Assembly (NCBI GenBank): GCA_043228905.1
Contig: JBHGNT010000015.1
Span: 2,852,001 to 2,916,000 of the forward strand
Direction: 5' to 3'
DNA: 64,000 bases
Origin: Azolla caroliniana
Taxonomy: Eukaryota; Plantae; Polypodiophyta
Part shown: positions 23,065 through 35,579 of the stretch, one piece after another
Position numbering within the stretch: position 1 is the stretch's first letter
How the letters are laid out: each line of letters starts with the position of its first letter
The notes under the pieces: generated by a model
What the model was told of the DNA's origin: nothing
Databases searched by the model: none
What the model saw: only the letters and a program-made list of their open reading frames with translations
Made by a program: the position numbers and the translations under genes

Positions 23065-26000
23065 GAGACGTATGAAAACATTACTTTGTTGGCAAAGATT
23101 TGAATGCCTTTTCTTGGAGGGGGGAAGAGAAGAGATGTATGAAAATCTTCCTTTTGTAACATGAAAGATGTGGGGTGATAAGTAATGCATGAATATATTG
23201 CCTTTGGTGCATTAAAGATTTGAGAGTGATAGAGAGGTTTTTGTGTGTTGCAAAAATTTGAGCAAGGGAACAAGAGCGGGTGAGTGAGGCAGAAATTGGT
23301 CAATATTTCATTTTTATATATGCCTTTCAAGATGTCTTTATGTGTTTATGCGTCCGTGATTCACTTCAGATTTCATGTATTGAGTGGTTGATTCTCACTA
23401 TTTATTTATTTTCAAAGACTGTAATAGAAGCCATTTGTTTCCAAAATTATGGTTTAATACCTCTAATTCAATGCGTGTGACATCACTATATATATTCATT
23501 AAGTTTTGTTTGAAACAGATATCAATTTTAGGTGCCATGATCAAGTGCATGCTTATCCTTCTCTAGTTTTAGAGCAGAATTTTGTTTCCAAAATGGATGA
23601 TTGCTATTCTTTCTACAACAAAAAATGTAATAGAAGAAATTTGTTTCCAAATGTATGGTTTAACACCACCATTGTAAAGAAGAATCTCATGCTTACTCGT
23701 TCATGAGGTTCTGTTTGAGATGTAAGAGACTTGTGTTCTTTATTCTGTATTAAATTCAAGTACCATGATGAAGAGGAGGATTATCAGTGTTTAGGTTTCG
23801 AGAATCAATGCTCTACAACTTCGAAGCAAAAATAGTAATAGATTGTTATTATTGTTTTGAAATTCTGGACTATTATTTTAGATATTTGATGAAGTAACCA
23901 TAAATGAATCTATTTTTCATGAAGCGTTACAGCAATCTATATTTCGAAATTCATTCAATTATTCGTTTGGTTCATATCTACCATTTTGCATCAAGTCACA
24001 GTCTGCTAAATTTAAACCCTTTCTAGTAATCTCTCGTGTTTGATACCTTGGATTTTAGGATGTCAAATGAGTAAATTTCTTTATGGGTATTGGACTGAAT
24101 AAATGATTAATTATTTTTTCCTGGTCTTGTATTTCAGTTGAAAACTTGTAAGCGTGATTCAAACTGGAAGTCTTTAAGAATTAATATTAAGAATCACATC
24201 TATTCTTCTTTGCAGAATGTGACAACATATTTTTCCCCCTCCTAATGAAGGAGATAACTGACGTGCTGGGAAATTTTAACTCTCGAGTACAACGGCTATT
24301 AGATGTCCATCTTGCATCTGGTCTGCAGAAATTTGCACTTCGATTGAAATACAGATCTTCTTTTGGTAGACCTCCAGAGATGTTTGATGAGGGAAAGAAT
24401 CTTGCAAGCTATGTTTCTATGAATGCCATGGCACTAAAAAAGATTTTGAAGAAATATGACAAAGTAATTATTATATTCCTACCAAGATATGTATATATAT
24501 TATATAAACGTCCACGAGAGAGAGAGAGTCGGCATCACATTTGTATGTTAATTGTAAAAACAACCAACTGTCTGTGCTTGTGGATACACATGTGTCTTTA
24601 TGTGTTGTGTAAATGCCAGCTATTATATATGATTGTGTGATTTTTAGTGTTATGTTTTTTATGATTCTCTTTTAGTGCGTCAAGTGATCATTATAGCCAA
24701 ATCTTCAAGAGATTTCTGAATTTCATCTACACTTTCTGTGTATGCTTTTGATGTGGATGCATGTTGATACAAGAATTTACCCTTTCTGCAGGTTCATGAC
24801 TCAAACACAGGCCAAATTTTCAAAAGCCAATTGCAAACAAAGCATGTGGAACTACTGCAATCACCATGGTTGGTTGAATTGATAGCCTTCCATTTGAATC
24901 TCAGAGATAATATGAAGTCAGATTCAGAAATTGCTTCTCGATGTGTGTGTGATTTTGAGGGTCCAAGGCCAACTCTCTCTTTCTTGCTATCAGATGCTAT
25001 CAAATTAGAAGTTGCTCTTACATGTTCTGTATGCTTGGTAAGTTACAGTATCACTTGCATTAATTCTCTCTCTTTAAGCAAGAAACCTTGAGAGCAACAT
25101 TTTAACAGTGAATTGAATCTGTTATAGGTAAATACACATCCTTACGGTTTTATAACTGGGATCGTGTTGTCTTGGTTGCATTTGAAAAAATCTCTTCCTG
25201 TCTGGGGTAATTATGACACTCAAGGTGCTGATCCCCCAACAATCAGAACTGTGTCAATGTGTAGTCTCGATACTTTTATTGAGCACAATTCCTCTTCCAT
25301 AGTAGAAGGAGAATGTCTTAAGATAATTCCTTTATGGACAGTCCTTTATCATAAATAGTATGTATGGAATGTGGCAAGAGCATATGTAGAACTCCTGCTT
25401 CACTCTTATCTTATCATTCATGACTGCATATGTTAATAGTCGGAATTTGGCAACCTTTCTACTAAGACTCAGCACCTTATGTGAGTTTTTTGTGACTGAT
25501 TTGAATGTTCAATAATACGGTTTTTAACAAATTTTGTTGATATATGCAGGAGATTGTTTTTGACCCTGTGTCTTTGAGATGCGGACACATGTTCTGCTAT
25601 ACTTGTGCTTGTTCAGCCGCATCAGTTTCTTCTGTAGAAGGGCTGAGATTCGCAGATAGGAAAGCAAAATGCCCTCTTTGTAGGGAGGTGAGGATCTTCA
25701 GAAACTTTTTCAATACAATCAATTCTCAAGCTTTTTATAACTTTGTGGATAATGGTTTTGTGTAGGAAAACATAAATTCAGGTGCTGTTCAGTTAGTAGA
25801 GCTCAACATGCTAATAAGTAAAAGGTAAGAGGGCTTAATTTGCTATTCTAAAACCACAATGCTTTATATGTTAGAATGTATGTAGCCCAAGAAAAGTCAG
25901 ATAACAAACATCATGTTTTTCACTCAATTATCAGATTCAACGAATATCTATTTATGTACACCATGAAAGCAGAGTTTTGGCCTTACTAGTGTTGAACCAT

Positions 26001-26120
26001 TTTTCTTGCTTTAGGTGTCATGATTATTGGGAGAAAAGGCTCCAGGAGGAACGTAAAGAAAGACTCCGACAAGTTAAGAAACATTGGGATCAGCAATGCC
26101 AAGCTGCACTTGGGTTTTAG
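22821..26120 (+). CDS. NLA: SPX-RING E3 ubiquitin ligase, BAH1/NLA-like, 327 aa; exons 22821-23007, 24216-24463, 24792-25037, 25550-25687, 25766-25824, 26015-26120
   Basis: SPX motifs MKFNKKF..FKRLKK and [14 protein letters not shown]; LLQSPWL; [23 protein letters not shown]; [10 protein letters not shown]. All introns GT-AG with consistent phases; 984 nt total. Confidence 0.93.
23009..23060. repeat. (TC)n microsatellite at the start of intron 1
   Basis: About 26 dinucleotide units. Confidence 0.95.
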
Positions 26121-26779
26121 CTTATATATTCGTTTTATGTACAAAAAAATAATGTAATATGTACGCTTTCTTTATGGTTAACGCATTCGGATTTCAGTAT
26201 GGACCAATTTGAGTTGGGGGACACGGCATGCCATGTGCTTTGCTTGAGGTGGATGGCAAATTAGCAACATTCAATCTACATACACAAGATGTTTGTCTCT
26301 CAATTCGATACTTTCTGCAAATTTATTGATTCTTTTATGTAACTAAGGGAGTTTTTGATAAGGAGTGTAGGACACAAAGCAGAATGTAAAAAAACATTGA
26401 CAGTGAAAGGACTAAAGTCGTATATATATTTTCTTGAAATCTAGGTCCTCTACTAACATCTCTATATTGTATTTTGTATATTGTCTTTTGTTGCTTCTTT
26501 TAATTGGATACCCTGATAAATTAGGCTTTTTTTCGTCAATTATTCCTTATTCCCCTTCACTATATCTATCAAGGTAAAAGGGTATTTATTATATTGGCTA
26601 AGCTTCTAAAGTTTTACTAGAGAGATTTAGATTGTGTTTATGGATTTACGAACTTGGCTAGAACTTTTTAGAACATTGACACAAACATGTCTGATTAATT
26701 TATAAAATGTTTAAAAATTCAAGATAATGTGTATCATCGTAACTTGTCTTCTTGACTATGAATAGGAACATCCTCACAA

Positions 26780-27450
26780 AATATCATTGCTCTTTATTTT
26801 GATAGGCAGACATCTAATAGAGCCAATGATAGTATTAATTTAGATACATTCTCTGCTCATTAGTATGAAATGTAATTTGCAAAATACCTTTGGTGCTTCA
26901 AGAGTGAGTAAATTGATGGTCTTGGCTTGTTAGTATAAAGTCTCAATTGAATAATACTAAAAAGTTAGTTGAATTTTATATTGAATTGAGAGATCTACCA
27001 ATTTCTCTAGAGTTTGTGAATATGATTGAATTTCAATTTCAAGAGGAATTGGACGGAGTGGACAAAGGCTAATATGAACACAGCTTAAAGGTTAGAGAGG
27101 CAAGATCAATGAAAAATGTTATTAATGTTCTTTTCTAAGAGGTTATTACATGGATGAAGTAAATGGAAACTAACATGAATTCATCATGTAATTGAAAGAT
27201 TAGATGTTATAATGGATGAAGGTTGGCTTTCCATGTTTTCGTAAAGCAAATTGGAAGAATTTTGGTTGATCTATACTCATAGTTGACATGCCACGGATAG
27301 GTTTAATTCTTCGTTGAAGTTATGTTATGTTTTCCACATTCAAACATTGTTCCATTCCATCAATGGACGATCGATTCCTTGATCAAATGAATAGATGATT
27401 GAATAGGGTACCATTGGTAATGATAGGGATGTTAGCTAGAAATGTGGTCA
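26780..27450 (+). mobile_element. Possible highly decayed LINE RT fragment
   Basis: Faint GVD, F.IVP and QG.PL-like translations in the expected order; many stops. Confidence 0.25.
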
Positions 27451-28054
27451 ACTAATAGGCATGGCAAGTACTTTTGATAGAAAAATAGAGTGACCCGATA
27501 AGGCAAGGAACAAGGGTTAGATTTGATTGAGTAATGTGACAAGATAGTATATGATGGTGAGTCTAAAGCATATTGGGGTACCACTGGAATAATTCTCCAT
27601 CTCTGATGAAGCCTATGTTCCACCACTAGGAAGAGAATGATGTTGGTGAAGCTCTAATTTGTATGAATAACTATCCTTAAAACACATGCATGAAAACATA
27701 GACAAATTACCACCATATTCACAATTCATCGATGCATTCACCACCATTAATCAATATTCCAAGATCCTATGCAATAAATGCTCAAAGTCACCATTCCATC
27801 AACACATTCACAAACCCCACGTATCTTCAAAAAATCCATCGGCAACACATTCCTATTATCCACCACAAAGTTCACGAACCGCAATTCGTCACTTCGTTTC
27901 ATTTCATATCAGTGCATTCATACTGCAAACGACGGATCGATGGGGCCGATTCGAATGTGCCATTAAAACTCATTTTCCTTAACGCGGAAGCTCATAAGGT
28001 TAAAAGGAAATCACTCGAGTGACACCAAGCAGATAGATACCACTGACAAAGCAG

Positions 28055-28120
28055 ATGTATGTATGTATGTTAAGTATGTATGGATGTATGTTATGTATGT
28101 ATGTATGTATGTATGTATGT
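28055..28120. repeat. (TATG)n microsatellite
   Basis: Imperfect tetranucleotide run. Confidence 0.9.
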
Positions 28121-28382
28121 GATCACAGACAATAGATAGATAGATGTCTTTTGATGCACACATAGATAGATGTCTTTTCATGCACACAGGGAAGAGACAA
28201 CACAAGAGTGGGGATGGATGGGTTTTGTCCGGTTGGACGGACGGATGGGCGGGCGGACAAGTGTGAAACGGACAGATGCAAGACCAAAACCTGCTTCCCC
28301 ACAGAGGCCTTCTCCTCCATGAATTCTCTCTCTTTGCATCGTCTCCCGCAGAGAATCTAGGGTTTTCGCCCGCCGATCAACC

Positions 28383-29876
28383 ATGGCAGATCCCAGCTAT
28401 GCTGATGCTGATCCCATGCTTTTTCCTTTTCAAGGTACATGCTTCCCTTCCATTCTTTTCTTGATGTAGATGTTCAAACCTTCCTTTTCTGGTTGATATA
28501 TGTATTAGCGTTGATTCTTCCATTTATTTATATGACTGTATCTACGTGCTTGTAATGCTTCTTCAATGATTTAAGCTGCCCGCAAGTCATCCTTTTCTGT
28601 ATGGTTGAAAGTCGTTGCAATTCTTGTCTCCACAAATGTTTTTCTTGGCTCAAGAACCGTGGGAATGTATGTCGCTTCTGGAATACTCTCCAGAGAAAGC
28701 ATATATAATCAGTAACAATCTAAATCTGGAATACTCTCCAGAGAAAGCATATATAATCAGTAACAATCTAAATCGTGAGGATTTTGTGATCGTCAACACT
28801 TGAAGATAAGGATTAGTTTTATCTCTTTTGTGACGTTTGTAGGATTTGAGACCCGTAAAAAAGAAATTCTAGTTATTATATTTTTCATGTGGTAAAACCG
28901 TCATGATGAGTTACTGGTGGAGTGGACGTGGATGTTTATACACTATGATATTTGAGCAACTTGTACATGCTTTGCATAATGAGAACGCCCATACCTCGTA
29001 AGCTTGGCTGCCTCTTCAAAGATATTCTTCATATATACTGTCTTTTCTTATATTGATTCAAAATTTTAATGAATTATCTATGCATGAACAGTTTCAATGC
29101 AATGGGGCTTACTAGAATCTGAAGGTGTAACTACCCATGGATCTTAGTTTCTGAACTTGGAACGTAAAACGTTACTACTGTGTGAAGTATATGCTATCTA
29201 TCAAATTATGTGATGGAAATGCACATTTATTGGCAAAAACATGATGTTTGAATGTATGACCAGGGTAATAATACTGTTGTGGGAGGGCACTACATAGAGG
29301 GCTTGTTAATATTTGTGTTGGCTTTTTGCAGAGAGAGATTTGCAAACTTTTCCTCCAACTGATGCTCGAAGTAAATTATTGGGTTCATACCCACAAAGCC
29401 ATGAAAGAGAAGGTATTGTTTTCTCGCTTATGTTATATGTCTCAATGTGAGGATGAATCGTATACCATAATAAGTGCCTTTAGATTTGTCTTTTGTCCCT
29501 CATGAAATCTGTTTTTAATGGGTTAGGTTCTATGTTTAGTTTCATATCATGACCACAATTCATGAATGCTTGTTATGAGGGTCAACTACGTTTGTCTCTA
29601 TAATATGTTATCAAGGTCAACTATGTTTGTATCCTTAATATGTTATCAAGGGCAACGATGTTCTATAATATGTTGTCAAGGTCCACCATGCCAGTTGTGA
29701 ATGAGGACACCTATTTCCCCAACAGTAGTTAACTGCTACTTTTATACTTCATGTTGTGTTGAGAGGTTGATTCCATACCATGTTTGTTGATGCACTAGAT
29801 GCTTGAATCAGGCGATTCAGAACCCTTTGGCTCTCACATCCTTACAGTTGAAAGCATCTCATCACAAACCATATCC
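28383..29876 (+). CDS. Possible 5' exons of an unidentified spliced gene (28383-28434, 29332-29412, about 29812-29876)
   Basis: ccATGG start, GT-AG junctions and phase-compatible open frames (MADPSYADADPMLFPFQ/ERDLQTFPPTDARSK.../GDSEPFGSHIL...). No recognised domain. Confidence 0.35.
28677..28774. repeat. Exact 48-bp tandem duplication
   Basis: tctggaatactctccagagaaagcatatataatcagtaacaatctaaa occurs twice. Confidence 0.95.
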
Positions 29877-30814
29877 GTCAGTCTTTCATAATTCAAATAC
29901 AAACAGGGAATCAATTTGAAGACTTCCAAAGTAGAGGACCCTTGTCTTGTGCCCACACCCTAGGTATTATTGACTTCAAATAAAATAAAATCAAGTATAC
30001 AAATTACAAATGTCTACATGATTCATCGATATGCTATGAACATGCTGGGGGGAAAGGATGTACATTCTATTCTAACCTTTCCTCCTGTAGCTCCTTTGTG
30101 GACCTTTCTAGAGAGATTTTACTCGTACAAGGATTATAGTTTGGTCTTTTGGCCCTTGGGCCACTTGAACATTCTTGATCTCTTCACACTGCTCAAGTGG
30201 CCAAAGTGACCACTTTAATAAAATGATGTCCCAAAACCCTAGATTTGAGACTAAAACTTCGGTGAGCTGTCTAAATCTCTCCCAAGTTGCTTTTGCCATC
30301 TCTTTCTCTCATTCGCTTGGTTTTTCTAGGCTCACCACTTAGATTAGTGTTAAAATCTGTATACAGCCTTGCAGATACGAGGAATGTAGAGCGTCTAAAC
30401 TTCATCATGTGTGAAATGTTGTATACAGATTTTAACAGTAATGTTTAGAATTGAACCTGAAATTTACTTACAAATCAAGTGGAAGAGTGCATTTATGCAA
30501 GAGAATTGGTTCGACTTTTTCTTACGAGTTTTTTTTATGCTGTTGTGGGGTCCAAAATCTGATTTTACAAGTCTGTGCACAGAAAAGTGGGCATTTTTGT
30601 TCATTTTTTAAAGATTTACAGCTATAGAATTCATTAAAAAAAACCTGAAAATTTGTAGAAGATTACAGTTTTTCAAATTTGACTTGCAAAGGCTCTTCTC
30701 ATTACTGAGCCATGTGTTTGCAAGAATTATGCCAAAAATTAAATATTTCAGAAATTGATTCTGTTTGTTTGTGGGGTTTATGTCAATGGCTTTTAGATCT
30801 ACTGATATTGAGAT

Positions 30815-32170
30815 TCTCTTTGGGATAAAGAGTTTTGATGGCAAAGGTTTTGACCTTTGGAAAAATGGGATGGAAGAAATATTATTTCTGAAAGATTGCG
30901 ATGGTGCAAGAGTAGCTGTAAAATAAACGGCATGACAGATAATGCTTGTTGTCACCCTTAACAAGAAAGCAATTACATACTTTAAATATATGTGTCAGAT
31001 GCAATTTTGGTAGATCTCAAGGGTCTTACCACTACACATGTTTGGGAGAGACCGTTGGGCAAGTCGATTAACATTATATGTTGCATCATAAGACCCGTAA
31101 GGCAGAAGTCAAACTCTGCGATAGAGAGGTTCAGTTTCCGGGCTTAGGCAAGTGGTCGATCCCCAATGTTGAGTCTATACGTCGCAAACAAAGGAGAGGC
31201 AGAAAGCTGAGGAATACCTATTAAATAACATTAATGTATTTATAAGTACAATATCCAAGTTACAAGGTTCAAGTCTATCTCCCTTCGAATACAAATTGAA
31301 TGCTATTTTATTGCTTATGACATTGCTTAATTCTTGGGGAACCTTGATGGTTTCATAATTGAATAACCCCAATCTTGCATGTAACGGACTTACAAGGTCG
31401 ACCCTTAATTATAAAAAATCAGATGGGAAGCAAATGTTGAAGGCAATTCTTCAACTCTTATTGTTAGAGGATCAGAGAAGGGTAACATACAACAAAGAAA
31501 CTGGAGCAAAAGCTAAAGTAAATAGTTTGATGACACATGTTATCAGTGTGGTAGGAAAGGCTAGAAGGAGCTTGATTGCACTTAAGAAAGAATTTGAACT
31601 TAGGAAGAATGCCAATGGGAAGGGCACAACAGAGAAGAGTCTTCAAGGTACAAATAGCCCTAAGGGCAAAGAAAAGGCCAATTTGGTCTCTAATGTGGTT
31701 ATTGAAGACCTATTTGATGCAAGGGAAATTTTGTGTACTACATTGTCTTCAAATTATGCTTCCACACTCCATGTGCACAGTATGCAGATCATTAAATGGC
31801 AGATGATTGATACATTGCTTATTGTTAATGATTCAATGAATTAGATTTGAATGTAGATTTAGGTGCCTCATTCAACGTGACTCTTGTTGGGGATTGTTTT
31901 TACCATTTCTCACGTGGAAAACTATGGCAAAGGCTATGTAGGCAATAATCAAGCTTGCACAATTGATGGTATAGGCACTTTGCATTTGCCTCTCAATAAT
32001 AGTCAAAAACTTGTATCATGTGATGTCAGAAATGTTCCTAGCATTAAAAAGAATCAATTTTCTGTTGTTCACTGATGGATGTTGTACATGAATATAACAT
32101 CACTTTTGAGAGTGGATCATGGAGATTGATGAAAGGTTCAATACTTTTTGTCAAGGGTACAAAGAAAGAC
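30815..32170 (+). mobile_element. Decayed Copia gag-protease remnant
   Basis: FDGKGFDLWKNGMEEIL, a C..CG..G knuckle remnant, DLGASF, VGNNQACTIDGIG, DVRNVPSIKKN. Confidence 0.75.
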
Positions 32171-32733
32171 ATAATGTTATTCCTCTCTAAACATAAGCTC
32201 CCTCAATATAATGTCTATATTATTTAATATTATAATAATACAATAAAGAAATATATTATTTGTAATATAATAATTTTATTCAACATATTAATAACTACTT
32301 AAACTAGTCAGTATAAAGTCCATAAATTATATTTTATACGTTATTAATCGTATAGGCACTTTGCATTTGCCTCTCAATAATAGTCAAAAACTTGTATCAT
32401 GTGATGTCAGAAATGTTCCTAGCATTAAAAAGAATCAATTTTCTGTTGTTCACTGATGGATGTTGTACATGAATATAACATCACTTTTGAGAGTGGATCA
32501 TGGAGATTGATGAAAGGTTCAATACTTTTTGTCAAGGGTACAAAGAAAGACATAATGTTATTCCTCTCTAAACATAAGCTCCCTCAATATAATGTCTATA
32601 TTATTTAATATTATAATAATACAATAAAGAAATATATTATTTGTAATATAATAATTTTATTCAACATATTAATAACTACTTAAACTAGTCAGTATAAAGT
32701 CCATAAATTATATTTTATACGTTATTAATCGTA
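31971..32733. repeat. 381-bp tandem duplication, apparently identical copies
   Basis: ataggcactttgcatttgcc... starts at 31971 and 32352. Confidence 0.9.
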
Positions 32734-35516
32734 TAATATATAATTTAAATTAAAATTACTTTATCCATCAAGTATAATATTACTAAATATATGGAGGCCA
32801 AAATATGTAAGTTTAATCTTTATCATTAGGGCAATAATATTCTCCTCGTGTAGGTTTACTTGGTACTCTAAAAAGTATAAAGTAGTTAGTATAAAGTCCA
32901 TAAATTATATTTTATACCTTATTAATCTTATAGTATAATATTACTAAATATATGGAGACAAAAATATGTAAGTTTAATCCTAATCATTAGGGCAATAATA
33001 TTCTCTACGTGTAGGACTACTTGGTACTCAAAAACATTAAATATATAGTATACATATATTATATATACTTTCAATCATAGAACGTAATATTCGTGTTCGT
33101 GGAGGCATTCAAACGTTTGAAAACGTACACATTTGAAAGGGGAAAAATACGTGCTCCTTTTTTTTTTCTTTTTTTTATTTGTTTACATTGCAAATTTAGC
33201 CCATAATATAGACCATAGTTAATCCAATCAAACGTGTCAAACCAATCCAACTTTTAGTTGATTTACCATTCACGTTTTATTGAATCAAACGCGAATGCGA
33301 ATGCGCGTATGATACGTATGGTTCATTCTATGCTTTCAATATATATATATATATATATTATATTTACAATAATTAAAAAGTCATATATATGTTGGTTTAA
33401 ATTTAAAATTATTTTTTAATTAATAGCACTTATATTTAATATAAAACTTCTCAATTATTGGTTCAATCATGCCCACCATTTTAAATAAAAGTCTTTTTCA
33501 ATTATTGATTAAATCATGATCACTATCTTTAATACAAAACATTAGAGAGTCATAAAAATATTGTTATGAGTATTCAATCATTGGTTTATTCATGAACTTC
33601 ATATGTTATAATGTAATTAGCGACTCATGAATATTTTGGTTAGATTATTTAATAATTGTTTTATTCATGGCCTTTAAGGTAATAAAAAATATAAAATAAT
33701 CATTAATTAATTTATGAACATCATTTAATTAAAAATTTATTAGAGCATCATAATTATATTAGTTTTAATACCAAATCATTGGTACATTTAAGATTATGTA
33801 TTAAATAAAGTGTATTAAGGTCTAAAAAAAAGTGTATTAAGGTGAAAGGAACTTTATTTTAAGTCTAATTAACTAATCTAAAGTTTACTAACCATGATTA
33901 CTTTAACCACAATGGTCAATCCTTATAAATAGGAAGACCCCTCTCATTTCGCGATCAATGACGCGTAGAAAAGAGCACATAGAGAAAAAAGAGTTTACAG
34001 CACGTAGAGTCTAGAGCATATAACACCAATAGTAATCTCCTTAGTATCTATCACAATAATTTTGTTTTTTTTAAGAAGAGCGAGCGCCAAGATATTTGTT
34101 AAGCGTCTAATTGTATGAATATTTTAAAAAAAAATATGTTTTTTAAATCACTAGAACTCAATAAAGGGTATCGAGTTCCTTTTTAGAGGTCTCTATTATA
34201 ATGGGAACTTGATACAATGTATTAAGTTTATGTTTAAAGTGAGGGTTTTATATAAGAACTCCCACTTTATACAAGAACTTGATATGATGTATCGAGTTCC
34301 CCATGATAATAGAGACCTCTAAAAAGGAACTTGATACCATGTATCGACTTTTAGTGATTTAAAAACATATTTTTAAAAAAGTGACCGTACAGTTAGGCGC
34401 TTACTTGGTATCTTGGCGTGCGCTCTTCTTAAAAGACATTATTGTCGTGGTAGATGCTAACGGGGAAATGGCGATTGGTGCTATGTGCTCTGGGCTATGT
34501 GCTTTATGTGCTCTGTTCTCCGTGTGACTGATCGCGAAATGAGGGGGTCTTCCTATTTCTAGGGATTGACCATTGTGGTTACTTTAACTATGGTTGTTAA
34601 GCTTTAGGTTAGTTAGTTACACTTAAGAGAGACTTTCTTTGACCTTAGTACACTTTTTTTTTAGACCTTAATACACTTTATTTAATACATAAGCTTGATT
34701 GTACCAATGATTGGGTATTAAAACCAATATAATTTGATGCTTTAATAAGTTTTAATTAAATGATGTTCATGAATTAATCAAATATTAAATACTCAAACTA
34801 ACATATTAATGATTATTTTTTATTGTCTTTAAAGGTCATTAATAAAATAATAATTGAATAGTCTAACCAAAATCTTTATGAATCTTTAATGTGCATTATT
34901 AAATATAAAGTTCATGAATGAACCAATGATTAAATACTCACAACATTTTTATGGCTCTCTAATGTTTTATAATAAAGATCGTGGTCATGAATTAATTAAT
35001 AATTGAAAAAGGCTTATATTTAAAATGGTGGGCATAAATGAACCAATGATTGAGAAGTTTTATATTAAATATGATGCCATAAATTAACAAATGATTTTAA
35101 ATTTAAACCAACATATATATGGCTTTGTAATTATTATAAATGTATGCAATATATATATATTTAAAAATTGAATGTATATAATATATGTATACTATATACT
35201 TAATGTTTAGGAGTACCAAGTAGGCCTACACGTAGAGAATATTATTGCTCTAATGATTGAGATTAAACTTACATTTTTTGCCTCCATATATTTAGTAATA
35301 TTATACTTGATAGATAAAAGAAATTTAATTTAAATTATATACTATAGGATTAATAAAGTATAAAATATAATTTATGGACTTTATACGGACTAGTTTAAGT
35401 AGTTATTAATATGTTGAATATAATTATTATATTAAAAATAATATCTTTCTTTATTGTATTATTATAATATTAAATAATATAAACATTATATTGAGGGAGC
35501 TTATGTTTAGAGAGGA
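32562..35516. repeat. About 3-kb imperfect foldback (long inverted repeat) centred near 34250
   Basis: Outer ends tcctctctaaacataagctccc / gggagcttatgtttagagagga; 33905-33960 mirrors 34525-34580; four 23-25-mer palindromes at the centre. Confidence 0.9.
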
Positions 35517-35579
35517 GTTTATCATTTTTTATATTAGCCCAAGCAGATAATTGAAGAGCTCTATGTGGACCTTAAGCCA

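Noticed and set aside
31971-32733. 381-bp duplication as a functional repeat
   Set aside because: Apparently identical copies span an old TE junction; this is a recent neutral duplication or an assembly artefact.
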